Origin: Candidatus Bathyarchaeota archaeon
GTDB taxonomy: Archaea > Thermoproteota > Bathyarchaeia > Bathyarchaeales > Bathycorpusculaceae
Assembly (NCBI GenBank): GCA_963811105.1
Contig: CAWEPZ010000008.1
Location: 7,672 to 71,671, forward strand
Reading direction: 5' to 3'
DNA: 64,000 nt
Below, piece after piece: positions 60,770-64,000 of this stretch. A program made the translations under genes and the position numbers. Positions within the stretch are counted from its first letter, which is position 1. Each line of letters starts with the position of its first letter. The notes beneath the pieces are model-generated. The model saw nothing but the letters and a program-made list of their open reading frames with translations. It ran no database searches and was not told the DNA's origin.

Positions 60770-63565
60770 ATGAGAAAAATAACTAAATTTAAACGGTCAA
60801 TTCGTGCAATATCTCCAGTAGTTGCAACTTTACTAATGATTGCCATTGCAGTTATTGCAGCACTGGTAGTTTATGCTTGGGTAACAGGCTACATGGGCAA
60901 TACTACAAACAAAGCTGGAAATGCGATACTAATCCAAAGTCTCACAACAGATCAGGATAATAAATTAGTTGCCTATGTTCAAAATGTTGGTCAAGGCGAC
61001 GTAATTCTGGATTCTGGCTACGTAAACGGTGACTTAGCAGCTCAATCGTTAAGCATTTCATTAGCCAAAGAGGCCACAGTAGCCGTCTCCACAACTTACC
61101 TTGTGACATCGGATAACTCATTAACGATAAAAATAGTGGCCACTGATGGTACTTTCACTCAGTTTACAGGATCTCCTGATTTTGAAAACGGGCATGCAAC
61201 CACTTATCCAGTAGTCTTTAATTTAGGTACAGGCGGCGCTTCCATGGTTCCCTCAGGAACACATTCGTATACAGCAGGAACCCTGGTAGCAGTACACACA
61301 TTAGCTTTGTCGAGTTATCAATTTTCATCCTGGACCAGCACAGGAAGCATCTCTTTTGATTCTACAACTTCGGCTTCCACAACTGCCCATATTGACGGAG
61401 TAGGAACTGTAACAGCTAATTTTGTTGCTGTGCAGCCATCTCAAAACTATCAAGTAACATTCAACTTGGGCCAAGGCGGATCGTCCATGACCCCAACGGG
61501 TACTAAAACATACTCTGGCGGTTCATCAGTGCCTCTTTCAGCAATAACTTTGTCGGGTTATCAGTTTTCATCCTGGACATGTACAGGCACAATTTCGTTT
61601 GACTCGGCAACTTCTGTCTCGACAGTAGCACACGTAAACAGCGCAGGTTCAATCACCGCCAACTTCATAGCCACTCAACCCACACAGAACTACCAAGTGA
61701 GCTGGATCTTAGGCACCGGTGGATCTTCAATGAACCCCACTGGAACCCAAATCTATGCGGGTGGTTCAATCGTGACAATTTCCGCGATTCCTACTTCAGG
61801 ATACCAGTTCTCATATTGGGCCAGTTCAACTACTGGGTTTATTTCATTTGGCTCAGTAACCTCAGCTATCACAACAGCACAAATTAGCGGCACCGGTTCT
61901 ATTACAGCTAACTTTATTCAAATTCAAACCGACCAAAACTATCAAGTAACATTCAGCACAGATGGCGGCGGAAGCACCTCAACTACAAACCCAACTGGAA
62001 CTCAAACATACGCAGCTGGAACAATAGTTCCAGTAAGCGCCACTGCCGGTTCAGGCTACCAATTCTCATCTTGGAGCAGTACAGGGTCAATTTCCTTTGA
62101 CGCTTCAACTTCAACTTCAACAAATGCTCTAATTAACGGAGAAGGATCAATCATTGCCAACTTCATAACCCCACAAACAAGCCAGAACTACCAGGTTACC
62201 TTCACATTAGGCACAGGTGGAACATCCATGAACCCCACTGGCACTCAGACTTACGCAGGCGGCTCCGCTGTCCCAGTATCTGCGGTTGCAGCATCAGGAT
62301 ATCAATTCTCCTCTTGGATAAGCACAGGCTCGATATCATTTGACTCCACAACATCAAGCTCAACAATCGCCCACGTCAACAGTGCAGGTTCCATTACTGC
62401 TAATTTCGCTCCTATCGCAACAGGTCAAAACTACCAAGTTACATTCGCCCTAGGCACGGGAGGGGCATCTATGAATCCATCCGGAACCCAGATTTATGCC
62501 GCAGGCTCAACAGTAGCTATCAGCGCGACTTCCGCTTCTGGCTACAAGTTTTCTAGCTGGACGAGCTCAGGCAGCATCTCTTTCGATGGTGCAACCTTAG
62601 CGTCAACAAATGCTCATATAGGTAGCGACGGCACGATAACAGCCAACTTTGCTGCAAGTCAACATATCATCACTGTCACTCAAGGTTCTAATGGTGTTAT
62701 TGCTCCTGGAACAACTGCTGTAAACGAAGGTGCAAGTCAGACTTTCATCATAACCCCCAACAACGGCTATCATGTTCTCGACGTAACCGTGGACAGTTCA
62801 TCGAAAGGCGCTGTTACCTCTTGGACCTTCAACAATGTCCAAGTAGATCACACTATAACTGCGAGCTTTGCAAGCGGTGCCTATCATACTATTACAACTT
62901 CTGCAGGCCCAAATGGGCAGATAAGTCCTTCAGGTTCAGTACAAGTTTTAGATGGTGCCAGCCAAACATTCACAATCACACCTAGCAACGGATACATAAT
63001 CGCCAGTTTAATGGTTGACGGCGCTTCTGCAGGCTACGGACAATCATACACATTCACAAACGTAGTGGCAGACCACACTATAACCACTAGCTTCACGACC
63101 GGATCAACACTGATTAACACTGGCTACGATGGAAATCCATGGGACAACAACTGGATGGCAGGCGGAAACCCACCATGGCGTGCAGCCACAGGTGAAGGCG
63201 TCTTAGGAAGCACTGCCGCAAAATCTGATTCCATAGTTGGAGACTCCGGGCCATTTACTTCCAACTCTTTGAATACTCAAGGAGGAACAACTATCCGAAT
63301 AACCTTCATGTATAAAGTACAAAACACAAACTCTGCAAATGACCTCAAGATAGAATACTGCGCAACCAACTCCGGCACACTCCCTAACCTCAACCCTGGA
63401 AGCACTGACTTCACTACAATTGCAGGTATAGGCCAAACCACTCCAAGTAACACTTGGACCGTAGGAAGCGTCACCTTTACGAGCACAGCAAATCCAACAG
63501 CATTCAGAACACACTTCTATTTCAGATTCGAGAGTACCCTCCAAACACACAGTGGTGCTTGCTGA
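60770..63565 (+). CDS. Giant pilin-adhesin fusion (931 aa)
   Basis: Class III signal RSIRA/ISPVVATLL, pilin domain, six (Q/T).Y(Q/P)V.F..G.GG..M.P.G repeats, two second-type repeats, C-terminal beta domain; possible indel near 63555. Confidence 0.88.
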   Translation: MRKITKFKRSIRAISPVVATLLMIAIAVIAALVVYAWVTGYMGNTTNKAGNAILIQSLTTDQDNKLVAYVQNVGQGDVILDSGYVNGDLAAQSLSISLAKEATVAVSTTYLVTSDNSLTIKIVATDGTFTQFTGSPDFENGHATTYPVVFNLGTGGASMVPSGTHSYTAGTLVAVHTLALSSYQFSSWTSTGSISFDSTTSASTTAHIDGVGTVTANFVAVQPSQNYQVTFNLGQGGSSMTPTGTKTYSGGSSVPLSAITLSGYQFSSWTCTGTISFDSATSVSTVAHVNSAGSITANFIATQPTQNYQVSWILGTGGSSMNPTGTQIYAGGSIVTISAIPTSGYQFSYWASSTTGFISFGSVTSAITTAQISGTGSITANFIQIQTDQNYQVTFSTDGGGSTSTTNPTGTQTYAAGTIVPVSATAGSGYQFSSWSSTGSISFDASTSTSTNALINGEGSIIANFITPQTSQNYQVTFTLGTGGTSMNPTGTQTYAGGSAVPVSAVAASGYQFSSWISTGSISFDSTTSSSTIAHVNSAGSITANFAPIATGQNYQVTFALGTGGASMNPSGTQIYAAGSTVAISATSASGYKFSSWTSSGSISFDGATLASTNAHIGSDGTITANFAASQHIITVTQGSNGVIAPGTTAVNEGASQTFIITPNNGYHVLDVTVDSSSKGAVTSWTFNNVQVDHTITASFASGAYHTITTSAGPNGQISPSGSVQVLDGASQTFTITPSNGYIIASLMVDGASAGYGQSYTFTNVVADHTITTSFTTGSTLINTGYDGNPWDNNWMAGGNPPWRAATGEGVLGSTAAKSDSIVGDSGPFTSNSLNTQGGTTIRITFMYKVQNTNSANDLKIEYCATNSGTLPNLNPGSTDFTTIAGIGQTTPSNTWTVGSVTFTSTANPTAFRTHFYFRFESTLQTHSGAC

Positions 63566-63706
63566 GAGCACATGGATCGACAATGTAATAATCACTACTG
63601 TCTTAGTCTGCAACAAGGGAAAAAATTCCCAACTCTCCCTTTGTTTCAAACATTTAAAGTCTTAAAAAATATACGAAAAAAATAAAACTATCAGGACAGA
63701 TAAAAC

Positions 63707-64000
63707 ATGAAAACAAAAGTAACATCAACAATAGTTCTTCTAAGCCTACTATCTATTGTCTTAACTCCATTAGTTTTAGGTCAAACTACCACAGTTGGAG
63801 TCAAACCCGGAGATACCTTCAACTATAGCTACAGAATCAATTGGGACTCAACCGATCCAACCGCTACTGTTCCAGCCCAATATGAAGACTTAAACAATAC
63901 TCAATTCATACGAATTACTGTAATCACCGTTACAGGTTCGTTGATTAATGTAGACTTTACACGACACTTCAACAACGGCAGTGAACAAACACAAAATGGA
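63707..64000 (+). CDS. Secreted protein, N-terminal part (runs off window); paralogue of 8194-8967
   Basis: MKTKVTSTIVLLSLLSIVLTPLVLGQTTTVGVKPGDTFNYSYRINWDSTDP vs PGVKIGDIFWYTTYSNWQSSNP. Confidence 0.75.
   Translation, partial: MKTKVTSTIVLLSLLSIVLTPLVLGQTTTVGVKPGDTFNYSYRINWDSTDPTATVPAQYEDLNNTQFIRITVITVTGSLINVDFTRHFNNGSEQTQNG

Noticed and set aside
1824-63649. Many 60-150 aa ORFs nested in or antisense to long genes (e.g. 1824-2177, 34983-35255, 52078-52398, 63203-63649)
   Set aside because: They overlap well-supported genes and have no motifs or start context; treated as shadow ORFs.
1-64000. CRISPR array, cas genes, rRNA
   Set aside because: No run of equal-length repeats with unique spacers; all tandem repeats found are intragenic domain repeats. 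No rRNA signatures seen.

Overview
Archaeal genome segment, most consistent with Bathyarchaeia. This is an inference from archaeal-type pheS/pheT, trpS and rps7/rps12, mch, several PQQ-type beta-propeller surface proteins and the short integrase C-terminal tail typical of the group. Housekeeping genes (PGI/PMI, ino1, tRNA-Ala(GGC), DRG GTPase, rps12-rps7, pheST, trpS) are interleaved with accessory islands: (i) a mobile-element graveyard at tRNA-Ala, (ii) an AT-rich glycosylation cassette, (iii) an mch-citG-three-nucleotidyltransferase-ECF cluster, (iv) a rearranged beta-propeller surface-protein region with recombination scars, and (v) a 15-kb type IV pilus locus with giant pilin-adhesin fusions. 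The best candidate for an undescribed system is at 33.9-37.0 kb. There an unannotated 18-aa peptide gene with a strong SD (MNQKKAITRATPANWGGW) precedes a polyprenyl-synthase homologue that has lost its IPP-binding motifs and an MFS transporter, next to a decayed histidine kinase. This layout resembles the Bacillus ComQXP Trp-prenylated pheromone system. About a dozen genes carry indels. Some are probably assembly errors, so pseudogene calls need checking against reads.
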